Assembly: GCA_044360435.1 (NCBI GenBank)
Contig: JBIKKI010000003.1
Span: 1-48,775, forward strand
Reading direction: 5' to 3'
Length of the DNA stretch: 48,775 nucleotides
Source of the DNA: Bacteroidia bacterium
GTDB lineage: Bacteria; Bacteroidota; Bacteroidia; NS11-12g; UBA955
The position numbers and the translations under genes were made by a program. The notes beneath the pieces were generated by a model that was not told where the DNA came from, made no database searches, and worked only from the letters and a program-made list of their open reading frames with translations. Shown here in pieces: positions 18,406 through 28,466 of this stretch (within the stretch, counting starts at the first letter, position 1; each line of letters opens with the position of its first letter).

Positions 18406-18779
18406 TGTGCTGCTGCCTCCTCGCTTTTTTCTTCTTTGCGGCGGATTTCACCTTTGCGGCGACGGTCATTGTAGTCAATGCCGTGCTTGTCCAGGTGCAC
18501 CGTGAGGTAACGCAAAACGCGCTCGTCGCGGCGGAACGCCAGGTCAAGAACCTTGATGAAGGATGTATCTGCCCTGAATTCGAACAGATGATAGAACCCC
18601 GTGTTTTTCTTTTGGATGGGATAGGCTAATTTGGTCAGGCCCCAATTTTCTTCATGGACCATCTCCCCACCGTTTGCTGTGATCAACTCTCTGTAGCCTG
18701 CAACAGCTTCTTTCATCTGTTGCTCAGAGAGCACGGGTGTCAATATGATCACAGTTTCGTACTGCTGAATATTGCTCAT
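18402..18779 (-). CDS. rpsF: 30S ribosomal protein bS6
   Basis: [40 protein letters not shown] overlap with rpsR. Confidence 0.97.
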   Translation of the reverse strand: MSNIQQYETVIILTPVLSEQQMKEAVAGYRELITANGGEMVHEENWGLTKLAYPIQKKNTGFYHLFEFRADTSFIKVLDLAFRRDERVLRYLTVHLDKHGIDYNDRRRKGEIRRKEEKSEEAAAQ

Positions 18780-18800
18780 GGTGGCTCTTTAAAAGGGTTG

Positions 18801-18808
18801 CAAAAATA
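18801..18808 (-). promoter_or_regulatory. -7 promoter element TATTTTTG for the rpsF operon
   Basis: Exact TAnnTTTG, 21 nt before the rpsF ATG. Confidence 0.65.
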
Positions 18809-18840
18809 GGACTTCTATCCGACTCATGCAATCCTCTTGC

Positions 18841-19971
18841 CTAAGTTCCTGTCTTTTTGCTGCGTGAGTTAAATCCAAGTGAGATACCATAGCGGGAATT
18901 ACCTCCGGTACCTGGAACGTAAAATACGTTCAGCGGGAAATTCATGCCTCCTGCGCGGAAAGTCTTGCCGGCACTAATAACCAGTTGGGTGCTGAATTCC
19001 GGCATACCGCGCGAATCAAGACGCTTGACCAAGGGATTCGGGTTCGGTTGTGCGCCTGTCCACTCCCCCGCCAACTTCCAGATGCCGTTATCGTAATAAC
19101 CAGTGGCCATCGGTGCCACATGGAAACCCGGTCCGGCCGCAAACTCAATACCCGCGCGGTTTTGACGTACACCATTCATAATCACCAGACTGGGCATGAA
19201 CAAGTTCTGATCCAGTCCGCTGAGCATGGGAATCACCTCGAACAAACCCTGCACGGAACGCTCGTTGATATAACGCACCTCAAACTGGTAACCAAACTGG
19301 TACATAAAAGGCCTGCCTCCAAAACCACCCTGCGATACCGGTGCCCGGAGGATATCGGCATTCGGACCAACTGTATAGGCAAAACCCATGCGCGGACCGG
19401 ACAGGTTCAATACATCGATGCGGCTCAGCACATAACTGGCTTGCAGTTCATTGGAGGTCAGCAATGTGGCTTCCAGTTGCTTGTTCTGCACGCGGTTAAA
19501 GAGGTGTTGCACCGTAACCCGCACCATATTCGGAATTTCTTCAGATAGATACATGAACTCGCGCGCCGAAGCCGCAACAATGTACCCTGTGTTCACGTCC
19601 ACCAGGCGGAAGGCCACAACGAACGACTTGCCGAGGTCGCTCACATGTCCGAACAGGACCAGATCAGCCTTATTGGCCTCCCCAAAACTCTTCAGGCAAG
19701 GGAGTGAATAACAGGCAGTGGCGGCATCCGTTCCGTTGCGCTGCGCATGGTCGTAATGGTCAAGCACCTGAAAAGTATCCATGCGGATCAGTTCGAAGCG
19801 CGCGATATCTGCCAGCATGTTGCGGTTGTTGGCCGTTAAGGAGGTTTCAACTCCGGCCACGGCAATGACCGGTTTCTGCGTCTTCGACTGCGCGTGTATG
19901 TTCGGCAGGCTGCTCCAAACCAATGCCATCAGGCAGGTCAAGTAAATTCCGGCTTTGAAGTGTCGTTTCAT
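18841..19971 (-). CDS. Exported hypothetical protein: N-terminal CsgG/TolB-N-like domain, C-terminal beta-strand-rich domain
   Basis: Signal peptide ending IHA-Q. PVIAVAG..FQVLD..ADLVLFGHVSDLG..FRLVDVNTG resembles the CsgG/TolB-N pattern. C-terminal amphipathic strands end in YGISLGFN. Confidence 0.6.
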   Translation of the reverse strand: MKRHFKAGIYLTCLMALVWSSLPNIHAQSKTQKPVIAVAGVETSLTANNRNMLADIARFELIRMDTFQVLDHYDHAQRNGTDAATACYSLPCLKSFGEANKADLVLFGHVSDLGKSFVVAFRLVDVNTGYIVAASAREFMYLSEEIPNMVRVTVQHLFNRVQNKQLEATLLTSNELQASYVLSRIDVLNLSGPRMGFAYTVGPNADILRAPVSQGGFGGRPFMYQFGYQFEVRYINERSVQGLFEVIPMLSGLDQNLFMPSLVIMNGVRQNRAGIEFAAGPGFHVAPMATGYYDNGIWKLAGEWTGAQPNPNPLVKRLDSRGMPEFSTQLVISAGKTFRAGGMNFPLNVFYVPGTGGNSRYGISLGFNSRSKKTGT

Positions 19972-20160
19972 GATGGAACAAAAGTGGTGCTTCGATGGAA
20001 TGGATTATTGGCACAAAACAAAACCCATAACCAAACATGGTGATAAATGCAATATTTAACATGACATAAGCGCCTAAAGCAACTTGAAAATCCTAATTGA
20101 CATAAAACACCCAGCCTATAATTGCATTTTATAATAATTTTACTACCGTAGTTTTGCTAA

Positions 20161-21135
20161 ATGAACAAAATACAGGAGTTACCCGACATACAGGAATGGT
20201 TGCGCTCGGGCATTCCGTTGAACAGGAACGCGGCACAAACCATTTCAGATGTGCTTGACATCAGCCTGGATGCGGCTTACCGTCGGCTGCGAGGCAAGTC
20301 CCCATTCACGCTTCAGGAAGGTATGCAACTGGCAAAAACACTTGGCCTGAGCCTCGATATACTCGCAGCATCCGGGCAAGGGCACATTGTATTTGAAGTG
20401 GAAGCAGCGACAGACAGCCACGACAGCCGAACTTCTAATCTGGAACGCTTGCTGCAAATGGGCAAAGCGCTGGCCGACGACCCGGAAGCGCGGATTGTGC
20501 ATACCCAGGAAGACATCATTCCATTTCGCATGTATGGCTATCCTCAATTGCGTGCTTTCAAGCATTACCACTGGGAAAGGCTATACACTTCAGATACCGG
20601 TACCCGTTTCAATCCTGCCGCAGAGGATAAGCAGCGTGACGAAGTCGCTGCCGGAATTTACCGACTTTACATGCGTATTCCTTCGCTCGAAGTGTGGTCA
20701 GAATACAGCCTTGACAGTACCCTTCGCCAAATTCGATACGATATGGAAACCGGTCACTTTACCCATGCTGCAGATGCGCTCGCTGTAACGGCAGACATGC
20801 ATCGGCTGCTTGACGACCTGCAGGAACAGGCAAGAACAGGCCACAAACACCGGGAAAACGATTTTCAGCTTTTTTGGAGCGAAATCGCCGTTTTCAACGG
20901 CAGTCTGATGGTTTATGCCCGAGGTTATCAACGCGTGTATACAGGTCACCACACCATGCACTACCTCAGCACCTCCAACCAGGATTATTGCCGGCAAACT
21001 ACGGCATGGAACGACCTTTTACTGCGCCGCAGCCTCAACCTTACAGGTTATGCTGAAAAGCTGCGTTACCGTTTTTTCAGCCTGCTCCGACAGCGGGTAA
21101 AAGCACTGGAACAATGGCTGCACGAGCAGGGATAA
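20161..21135 (+). CDS. Putative transcriptional regulator, N-terminal XRE-like HTH plus ~250-aa C-terminal domain
   Basis: ISDVLDISLDAAYRRLRGKSPFTLQEGMQLAKTLGLSLD is an XRE-type HTH. TAGTTTTG promoter element at 20149-20156. Confidence 0.75.
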   Translation: MNKIQELPDIQEWLRSGIPLNRNAAQTISDVLDISLDAAYRRLRGKSPFTLQEGMQLAKTLGLSLDILAASGQGHIVFEVEAATDSHDSRTSNLERLLQMGKALADDPEARIVHTQEDIIPFRMYGYPQLRAFKHYHWERLYTSDTGTRFNPAAEDKQRDEVAAGIYRLYMRIPSLEVWSEYSLDSTLRQIRYDMETGHFTHAADALAVTADMHRLLDDLQEQARTGHKHRENDFQLFWSEIAVFNGSLMVYARGYQRVYTGHHTMHYLSTSNQDYCRQTTAWNDLLLRRSLNLTGYAEKLRYRFFSLLRQRVKALEQWLHEQG

Positions 21136-21333
21136 GCTGCCTGATGGAACAACTGCAATATGTTTCAACATCCGCACCCCTTCGATTGGGTACATTCCTG
21201 TTCATCAGAACGCACCTGAAAAATGTCTTTTGCAACAATTTCCGGCATTGATGGCACGCAATAATCTCAAAATCAATCGTTTTGTTCCCTGGTGGAATTT
21301 GTGAACCCTGAAGGGAAGGGTAAATTTGCATTT

Positions 21334-22452
21334 ATGTGGACGCGTTGGGTGACCGGTGTTTTGGTATTGTTGCTGTTGGGCAGCGCAGTATTGCGTTTCG
21401 ATACTTCATCGGACGCTTCGCATGCATACCTTTCAGAAAAGAGTAAGTATCACGCATTTTCAGCCGCTAGCAAGGATAAAATCAGCAGCTTTTTCCGGAG
21501 GATGCATCAGGCTGGTCTGTTCAATGGTACCTATTTGTTTTTCAAAGGCGACAGTTTACTGCAGGGAAAACATGGATTCGCCAACTTCCGCACCGGCGAC
21601 ACACTGCTCATCGACGACTTGTTTCAACTGGCCAGCGTGAGCAAAACCATTACCGGCACGGCAGTGATGTCGCTTTATCAAGATGGCTTGCTGAACCTGG
21701 ATGACAGCGTGCACCATTACCTGCGGGATTTAAAACGGAAAAACCTCACCATCAGGCAATTGCTCAGCCACACCTCAGGCTTGCCAGATTATTTTGATTT
21801 CAGCGACCGCTACTGGCCGGATAAAAGTCGGCACATGAATAACAGCGATGTAATACAGATGCTGAATAAACTACCGGCAACCATGTTCGCACGTCCGGGG
21901 GCTTTCTACAATTATTGCAATACCAACTACGTGCTGCTCAGTGCGATTGTAGAACATGTTTCCCATCATTCCTTCCGACATTTTGTAAAACATCGGGTAT
22001 TTGAACCTTGTGGCATGCCCTATTCCCACATCAACAACTTCGACAGCATACCCTTAAGCGGATACTTCCTTCAGGGCTTTGAACGGAGTCATTACCTGGT
22101 TCAGGATGTACCGCAAAATGGAACCTGCGGCGACAAAGGCGTGTACAGCAATACCTGGGAAATGTTTCTTTTTGACCGCGCCCTGCGCAGTCCGTTTTTA
22201 TTGCACAGGTCTATTTTGGAAGAAATGTACAGGCCTACAGTGCCTACGTCGAACCAAGGACAGTTTTATGCCTTGGGTTGGCGCGTCACCTGGATTAACA
22301 TGCGCAAATGGGCGTTCCACAACGGGTGGTGGAAAGGATTCAGAACCTATTTCTGGCGTTGCCTAGACGACAACCGCTGTTATGTGGTGCTTACCAATAA
22401 CGTAAACGGAAGGTTTCTCAGCACCCGAGATATGGTAAGCCTGCTGGATTGA
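21334..22452 (+). CDS. Serine hydrolase, beta-lactamase class C / PBP-like family
   Basis: FQLASVSK (SxxK), LLSHTSG, YCNTNY (YxN), HNGWW. N-terminal signal/TM segment. Start at 21334 follows TAAATTTG (21321-21328). Confidence 0.9.
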   Translation: MWTRWVTGVLVLLLLGSAVLRFDTSSDASHAYLSEKSKYHAFSAASKDKISSFFRRMHQAGLFNGTYLFFKGDSLLQGKHGFANFRTGDTLLIDDLFQLASVSKTITGTAVMSLYQDGLLNLDDSVHHYLRDLKRKNLTIRQLLSHTSGLPDYFDFSDRYWPDKSRHMNNSDVIQMLNKLPATMFARPGAFYNYCNTNYVLLSAIVEHVSHHSFRHFVKHRVFEPCGMPYSHINNFDSIPLSGYFLQGFERSHYLVQDVPQNGTCGDKGVYSNTWEMFLFDRALRSPFLLHRSILEEMYRPTVPTSNQGQFYALGWRVTWINMRKWAFHNGWWKGFRTYFWRCLDDNRCYVVLTNNVNGRFLSTRDMVSLLD

Positions 22453-22478
22453 ATATCAGCAGCACCACTGCCCCATCA

Positions 22479-22964
22479 TCACCAGGCCTGAATTTGTTTC
22501 TTTTCAGCTTCCGTCAGCCCTGTCACCTGCAGCATGAAGCCTTTGATGGTTTGGAATAACGCATGTGCACGCATCGGCGGATGCGCCATGATAAAGGCTT
22601 TATCTTCGGAAAGATGCGTAGAAATCCCTACCATGGAAGGCGTATTGTATTCCACGCTATACCGCAAAAAACGAATTTCCGTATGCTGCGGAAACTTCAC
22701 TACCGCGGCGTTCAGCTGGGCCGAACCAGATTTGACATGAACCACTTTATTGTACGGATTATAGCTGAATTTCGCTTTCAAAGCCAGTGCCGAACCGTAA
22801 TAGGCCTGCATTACCGCATCAGCCCCAGCCTGACCTTTGGTCAGTTTTTCCAGAGCCAGCGTTTCGGTTTCGCTGTACACCGCTTTCAGATAGGTTTGGC
22901 GCACCAAGGCGTAATCTGCAGTGCTTACCAAAAGCGTCAAGGAAGCAAGAAACAGAGACTTCAT
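22479..22964 (-). CDS. Exported helical hypothetical protein (TPR-like)
   Basis: Signal peptide. AYYGSALALKAK..NPYNK and P.HTEIRFLRYSVE resemble a conserved Bacteroidota family. Confidence 0.65.
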   Translation of the reverse strand: MKSLFLASLTLLVSTADYALVRQTYLKAVYSETETLALEKLTKGQAGADAVMQAYYGSALALKAKFSYNPYNKVVHVKSGSAQLNAAVVKFPQHTEIRFLRYSVEYNTPSMVGISTHLSEDKAFIMAHPPMRAHALFQTIKGFMLQVTGLTEAEKKQIQAW

Positions 22965-22979
22965 GTTCAGAATAACAAC

Positions 22980-23933
22980 TCAAAGCCACTTTTTCTTACG
23001 GAACAAGTACAAGGTGGTGAACGAAGACAATAGCATCAGGAGGATGGCAAATGGATATCCGTATTTCCATTGAATTTCAGGGAATGCCTGAAAGTTCATA
23101 CCATAAATACTGGCAATCAGTGTGGGTGGCATGAAAATTACTGACGCCACTGTGAAAATTTTGATGATTTTGTTCTGTTCAATATTGATCAGACCTAAGA
23201 ATGTATCTTGAAGGTATTCCAGCCTTTCAGAGTTAAAGGTGGTATGATCCAACAGCGAATTAACGTCTTTTATCAAGATGCGCAGCCGTTCCACTTCGGC
23301 ACCTTCAAAATCTCGAGAACGCAGCATCGCCGTAACTACACGCTGTTTGTCTATGATGTTCTGGCGAAGCATCATAGTGTCGTCGAGCAGCCTGTTGATT
23401 TGGAGAATGAGCTTCTCATCTGTGCTGCCGGTAAAGCTCAGTTCCCGTCCCAGCGCTACAATGTTTCGTGAAATCCCTTCAATGATGTCGGCATCGGTAT
23501 CAATTCCAGTTTCGAATAGACTCACAAGAATTTTTTTTCCGGAACCAAAAGCCCTGCCGGAAGCTTTGATTTTGCGCACACATTCGGCAAAGTTGGAAAG
23601 ATCTGCTTCCCGGTAGGTGAACAGGGTTTCATTTTGCAAAATGAACGAAACACCATTGCTCACGAAACCTGCCTGCTGGCTGTTGTCTATTTGAAGGAAG
23701 TTGGTATTGGCTATAATCTCCTCATCAGTTTCGAAATACCTGGAGGATGATTCAATTTCCGCCTGTTCCTGCTTGCTCTGGAAACGAATTTCGAAGTGTT
23801 CCTCTACATCACGTAGTTCTTCAATGGAAGGATTTTGCAGGTCTATCCAAATGATTTCTTCCAAGCTGTCCAATTCGGAGAGCCTCGGCACCTTCAGCAC
23901 CTTGTTTTGTTTTCTGAAGTAAACCCTCATCAT
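22980..23933 (-). CDS. corA: Magnesium/cobalt transporter CorA
   Basis: WIDL..P, EIESSSRY, MPPTLIASIYGMNF (GMN signature), two C-terminal TM helices. Confidence 0.93.
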   Translation of the reverse strand: MMRVYFRKQNKVLKVPRLSELDSLEEIIWIDLQNPSIEELRDVEEHFEIRFQSKQEQAEIESSSRYFETDEEIIANTNFLQIDNSQQAGFVSNGVSFILQNETLFTYREADLSNFAECVRKIKASGRAFGSGKKILVSLFETGIDTDADIIEGISRNIVALGRELSFTGSTDEKLILQINRLLDDTMMLRQNIIDKQRVVTAMLRSRDFEGAEVERLRILIKDVNSLLDHTTFNSERLEYLQDTFLGLINIEQNKIIKIFTVASVIFMPPTLIASIYGMNFQAFPEIQWKYGYPFAILLMLLSSFTTLYLFRKKKWL

Positions 23934-24033
23934 TTGCGCTACTTTCGGATAAATCCATGAATGCAGGCCGCGAAATTAGCCCAAGACACGCGCATTCCTA
24001 AATTCCTCAGTGGAATGCAAAAAAACACAGCGT

Positions 24034-25164
24034 TTAATCCTGCCACTCCGCAACAAAGATATTGGTAGCGCGGGTGCCCCCATTGTTCCTGTTGCTGCTG
24101 AATACCAGATACTTCCCATCGGGCGAAAACATCGGAAAAGCATTGAAGATGCTCTCGTAGGTAATCTGCTCCAGCCCGGTTCCATCGGTATTGATCATGT
24201 ACAACTGAAAATCGTAACCACGCTCGCTTTTATGGTTGCTGCTGAACATGATTTTGTTTCCGGATGGATGATAGTACGGAGCCCAGTTGGCCTTGCCCAA
24301 TTGGGTAATCTGTTTCAGGTCGCTGCCGTCAATGTTCACGGTGTACAGTTCCATACGTGTTGGTTCAACCTGCCCTTTGGCCAACAACTCTTTGTATCGC
24401 GTTACTTCTGCCTCTGTTTTGGGTCTGCTGGAACGAAACACCAGCTTCTTTCCATCGGGTGAAAAGAACGCACCACCGTCATATCCAAGTCCGTTGGTAA
24501 GTTGCTTCAGGTTTTGACCCGAAGTGTCCATAATCCAAAGTTCAAGGTCGCCGCTGCGGTCGCTGGTGAACACGATGTGTTTCCCATCAGGTGAAACCGT
24601 GGCTTCTGCGTCATAGCCGGGCTCTTTGGTCAGTTGTCGGGTGATGTTCCCTTTCAAATTAGCGATGTAAATGTCATAACTTGAATAAACCGGCCAGACA
24701 TAAGCACCGGTGCTTCCCGGCGCCGGAGGACAGCTGTGCCCACCTTCATGCGTGCTGGCATACAAAATGTGTTTTCCATCGGGCATGAAATAGGAACAGG
24801 TGGTTCGACCCAGTCCGGTGCTTACCATTTCGGGCTGGAAGCTGGAATCAGTAAGCAATTGCCAGGGCGCAGAAAAAATGCGGTCACAAGGAATCCCTTT
24901 AGCGGCATCGGCGCGCTGAAAAGTAAGTTGCTTCCCATCCGGACTCCAGTATGCTTCGGCATTATCGCCGCCGTAAGACAGCTGGTAAAGCGCCTTGAAA
25001 TGACGTTCCCCGGGAGCAGGTGTTCTTTTCGCATACGCTGGAATCCTTGTATTCAAATCCTGAACAGCAGGTGCTGAAAAGTCAGGTGCCTGTGCTGATT
25101 TCCTGGAAAAGCAGGAAGCAAACAACAGCATCAACAATGGAAATACGATTGCTCGGGTCTTCAT
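24034..25164 (-). CDS. TolB-like PD40 beta-propeller lipoprotein
   Basis: Lipobox LLFAS-C. Repeats WSPDGK, FMPDGK, VSPDGK, FSPDGK, YHPSG, FSPDGK. Start at 25164. Confidence 0.85.
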   Translation of the reverse strand: MKTRAIVFPLLMLLFASCFSRKSAQAPDFSAPAVQDLNTRIPAYAKRTPAPGERHFKALYQLSYGGDNAEAYWSPDGKQLTFQRADAAKGIPCDRIFSAPWQLLTDSSFQPEMVSTGLGRTTCSYFMPDGKHILYASTHEGGHSCPPAPGSTGAYVWPVYSSYDIYIANLKGNITRQLTKEPGYDAEATVSPDGKHIVFTSDRSGDLELWIMDTSGQNLKQLTNGLGYDGGAFFSPDGKKLVFRSSRPKTEAEVTRYKELLAKGQVEPTRMELYTVNIDGSDLKQITQLGKANWAPYYHPSGNKIMFSSNHKSERGYDFQLYMINTDGTGLEQITYESIFNAFPMFSPDGKYLVFSSNRNNGGTRATNIFVAEWQD

Positions 25165-25183
25165 TTCGAGCGCGAAATTGCAG

Positions 25184-26176
25184 TTAAAGTTGCTCGAATT
25201 CAAATTTCGGGTATCCTCTTTGACCCAAATCATTGTAATAGTCTGTAAACCTCAATTTGAACAGCGCATTTCCGTTGGTACGGATTACGAAAATACGGTT
25301 ATAGCTCACCGTATATTTCCCTGACAGGCGATCAAACAGCTTCCAGTCGTAGCCTATGGCGTCCAACTTGTTGCTGAAATTCAGTGACAATGCCAGGGTG
25401 CGGTCCACTTTTTCGAACGGCACATTGCCCAAAACCTCTGCGCAGCTGGTTTGCCAAGGATTCAGCAAACAACCAACTGCTACATAGTCAAAGGGCTTTC
25501 CGGTTCCTGTTTCGATGATGCTGGTTTTATACTTCCGGAATACCAGATCCCAGGCATCCTGATTTAAAGGCTCTGCCTGCAGCGTATCTTTTTTGACGAA
25601 ACTGAAATAGACATAGTTCTTCCCCTGCATGCGCGGAATCCTTGCTTTCCGGAAGTTGCTGTCCTTCAATCCGCCGTAAAGCAGTTGGTAAGCGCTATTA
25701 TCGGCCCCTTCTACCTTAAACTTTACGTAGCGTTCGACAGCCGGCTGATTCATTCCGCGATCGAGGATATACCAATAGCCAAAACTATTTACTCCATCCG
25801 GAGACCATCTACCAATGCCGGTTTCATCGGGATTACCACTGGGATGATCATACCTCCAGCCTTCAAGCGGTACATTGACGTTTTTTGGAATCGCACCAGT
25901 ATCACCCTGATAAACCCATGCATCGTTGCCGTTGTTCAAAATGATTTCCCAACGTGCATTTGCACATGCAAAACCTAAATCCCAAAGAGAACCTGTGGTT
26001 TGAACATCTGTATTGGAACCAAGGTGCACAAAAACATCACGGTCTCTATCCTCGCCCAGCTCCAACATTTTCGTTTGCACGCCTTCCAATTTCGTGGGCG
26101 GGGGATACAAGGCCTCTTCCGGTTCACATGAACTAAGGAACATCAGCAGGAGCCAAAAGACCAAGGTGGAGCGCAT
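25184..26176 (-). CDS. HmuY-family lipoprotein (two HmuY-like modules)
   Basis: Lipobox FLSS-C. WDLGF and WDLVF motifs, YVKFKV and LFKLRFTDYY..G.RGYPKFEF C-terminus, all typical of HmuY-like proteins. Confidence 0.8.
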   Translation of the reverse strand: MRSTLVFWLLLMFLSSCEPEEALYPPPTKLEGVQTKMLELGEDRDRDVFVHLGSNTDVQTTGSLWDLGFACANARWEIILNNGNDAWVYQGDTGAIPKNVNVPLEGWRYDHPSGNPDETGIGRWSPDGVNSFGYWYILDRGMNQPAVERYVKFKVEGADNSAYQLLYGGLKDSNFRKARIPRMQGKNYVYFSFVKKDTLQAEPLNQDAWDLVFRKYKTSIIETGTGKPFDYVAVGCLLNPWQTSCAEVLGNVPFEKVDRTLALSLNFSNKLDAIGYDWKLFDRLSGKYTVSYNRIFVIRTNGNALFKLRFTDYYNDLGQRGYPKFEFEQL

Positions 26177-26188
26177 GTGTTGCAAATA

Positions 26189-28456
26189 TCAGGGTTCTTG
26201 GGGTTTATCTTGAATCTGCAAGATGAGTCGTATGAAGAATTGCCTGCCTGGTGAAATCAGCTGATCGCCATTATTCGTGGCATGAATGCCGCCGGAAATC
26301 CTGTTGGATTGAATGCTGGTAACACCCAATGCATTTCTGCACCCGGCGCTCAGACGAATTTGTTGTTGCCGGAAATGTCTGGAAACAATGATGTCGCTGA
26401 TCCAAAAATCCTGAATGGTGTAGGCTGTTCTGTCTGCATTGTAGCCTCTGGTCTTCCCGCTGTATTTCTGGAAGAGATGCACGCGCCAGGGGGAATGTTC
26501 AGGAGTCCATCCCAGATTCAACCTAAACTGTGTGAAATAGAAGAAGCGTTTATCCCCGAGTCCGGTGCCATCCAGATCATCCCTTAAACCGATGGTTGAC
26601 CAGCCGGCAGTGAGGTTAAACGCCCTGTGTATGTAGCTGGCGTTCATACTCATCCCCTGAGTATTGTAGCTGCCTACGTTGATGTATGTATATAAATTAG
26701 TCAAGGGGTCAACCAGGGCCAAACTGATTCGATTCCTGATGTAGTTCTGGAATATGGCATAGTCGAATCTGAAGGCCTGTTTCTGGGGCAGTGGCCTGCG
26801 GTAATCCAGACCCACACTGTAATTTAGAGACTGCTCGGCCTGGAGATTCTCATTACCGCGAACGTTGTGTTGGTTATCTACGAAGAGGAGATTCAGCTCT
26901 TTGAGTCCTGGCGCGCGGTAACCCACGGCCAAAGAGCCTCTGAACAACATCTGCTTCGACAAATCCCATTTCCATTGCAACGAAGGAATAACGGGCGCCA
27001 GTTTCAATCCCGACAGAAGACCCTGAGCGACCAATGGCTTGCCAAACCGATCATTGTAAATGAACCTGATGCCCGGCCTCAGCAGCAAACGCTGCACCGG
27101 ACGGTAATCTACAACACCAAACAACGCCACATCGTGAATTCCGGGTGAACCGGCGGGAATATTATCGCCTCTGCCCCGTTCAATATTCACTTCATACCCG
27201 GCCATCCACTGAACTTGCGACCAGGGTCGGGACTGTGCAGCAAAACCACGCGACATCCACTGTGTGAAGCGACTTTGGTCGCCCAGAAAGGCTGTTAAAT
27301 CGCGTTCAGTTCCGTTTACCAGATCACGTTTGAACACGTCCTTGTTCCGGCCAAAGAATTGCCAGGACTGAAGCAGCTCCAGGCGAACCTGTCGCTTCAG
27401 CGGAATGCTAATCTGCCATTGCTGATTCAGGCGGTTCGTCAGATAAATGTGGTTGAAACCGCTGATACCCGTATTGCTGTATTCTGCAGCCTGCCTGTCG
27501 GTAAGCCGTTCCTGGAACTTTTGAACCTGAAATCGATGCATCCAGGTTCCTGTTTTCAGGAAAAGATTGGATTCGCCAAAAGTTCTGGTTTTGGGTTTCC
27601 AGTCGAAAGGGCGGTCCTTCTTATTGAAATCAATACCGCCAAAGAAGTACCTGCCACCATTGATACTCAATGCCAACTTTTTGTTGAAGCGGTGGTTGAT
27701 GGTAACATCCTGATTGAAATTGCGCAGGCCATCAGCGTACACGTTTGCATCAGCCTGCGTTCCTTTTTGTTCCGCCTGCCGCGTGATGATGTTGATGACA
27801 CCACCTAAAGCATCCGAGCCAAATACTGAAGACATAGGCCCTTCAATAATTTCCACCCGGGCCACATTGCTCAGGTTGATTTGAGACACATCCACATTTC
27901 CGTTCAGACGCCCAATCACGGGAACGCCATTGACCATCACCTTGATATTCTGCCCGGAGATTCCCTGCATGATGGCGCTTGTGCCCATTACGGCATCCTG
28001 CCCCATGCTGAAATTCACTTCGTTGGCCAGCAGTTCAGACAGATTCTGCGCAGCCAGCTGTTCCATTTGCTGCCTTCCAATGACCCTGATATTGTTGGCC
28101 GAACGCGATACCGCATTTGGGGAAGCCATAGCGGTAACTACTACCGGATCAAGCCTGGCATCCAAAGGCATCATGCTCATTTTTAGGGTATCCTGACCTG
28201 CGCTGAAGGATTGCTTTTCATCGCGGTAACCCGGCATGAAACAGCGCACATCCACCAGAAACTTAGGCTCTATCAGCACGACGCCCTGTGCATTGGTACG
28301 TTGCTGGAATTCAGCTCCATCGGTTGCCCGGGCGAACACAACGGCACCTTCCAAAGACTGTCCGTTCAGGCGGTCCAACACCTGAAGTACTTGCTGCGCC
28401 CGTATGGGTGAAGCAAGCAACAGAACAAGTAAGCAAAGGACCGCGCCGCGCAACAC
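26189..28456 (-). CDS. TonB-dependent receptor, probably for heme (HmuR-like)
   Basis: TonB box LDPVVVTA. Plug motif RVEIIEGPMSSVFGSDALGGVINIIT. YRAP..H..NENL resembles the FRAP/His/NPNL loop of heme receptors. GTG start. Confidence 0.88.
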   Translation of the reverse strand: MLRGAVLCLLVLLLASPIRAQQVLQVLDRLNGQSLEGAVVFARATDGAEFQQRTNAQGVVLIEPKFLVDVRCFMPGYRDEKQSFSAGQDTLKMSMMPLDARLDPVVVTAMASPNAVSRSANNIRVIGRQQMEQLAAQNLSELLANEVNFSMGQDAVMGTSAIMQGISGQNIKVMVNGVPVIGRLNGNVDVSQINLSNVARVEIIEGPMSSVFGSDALGGVINIITRQAEQKGTQADANVYADGLRNFNQDVTINHRFNKKLALSINGGRYFFGGIDFNKKDRPFDWKPKTRTFGESNLFLKTGTWMHRFQVQKFQERLTDRQAAEYSNTGISGFNHIYLTNRLNQQWQISIPLKRQVRLELLQSWQFFGRNKDVFKRDLVNGTERDLTAFLGDQSRFTQWMSRGFAAQSRPWSQVQWMAGYEVNIERGRGDNIPAGSPGIHDVALFGVVDYRPVQRLLLRPGIRFIYNDRFGKPLVAQGLLSGLKLAPVIPSLQWKWDLSKQMLFRGSLAVGYRAPGLKELNLLFVDNQHNVRGNENLQAEQSLNYSVGLDYRRPLPQKQAFRFDYAIFQNYIRNRISLALVDPLTNLYTYINVGSYNTQGMSMNASYIHRAFNLTAGWSTIGLRDDLDGTGLGDKRFFYFTQFRLNLGWTPEHSPWRVHLFQKYSGKTRGYNADRTAYTIQDFWISDIIVSRHFRQQQIRLSAGCRNALGVTSIQSNRISGGIHATNNGDQLISPGRQFFIRLILQIQDKPQEP

Positions 28457-28466
28457 GCCTGGGGAA

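Noticed and set aside
18780-18840. S6:S18-binding leader RNA
   Set aside because: The predicted leader is only about 17-20 nt and I see no convincing hairpin.
21334-22452. Beta-lactam resistance gene
   Set aside because: SxxK/YxN motifs are shared by many esterases and peptidases of this fold. Nothing indicates AmpC specificity or a mobile context.
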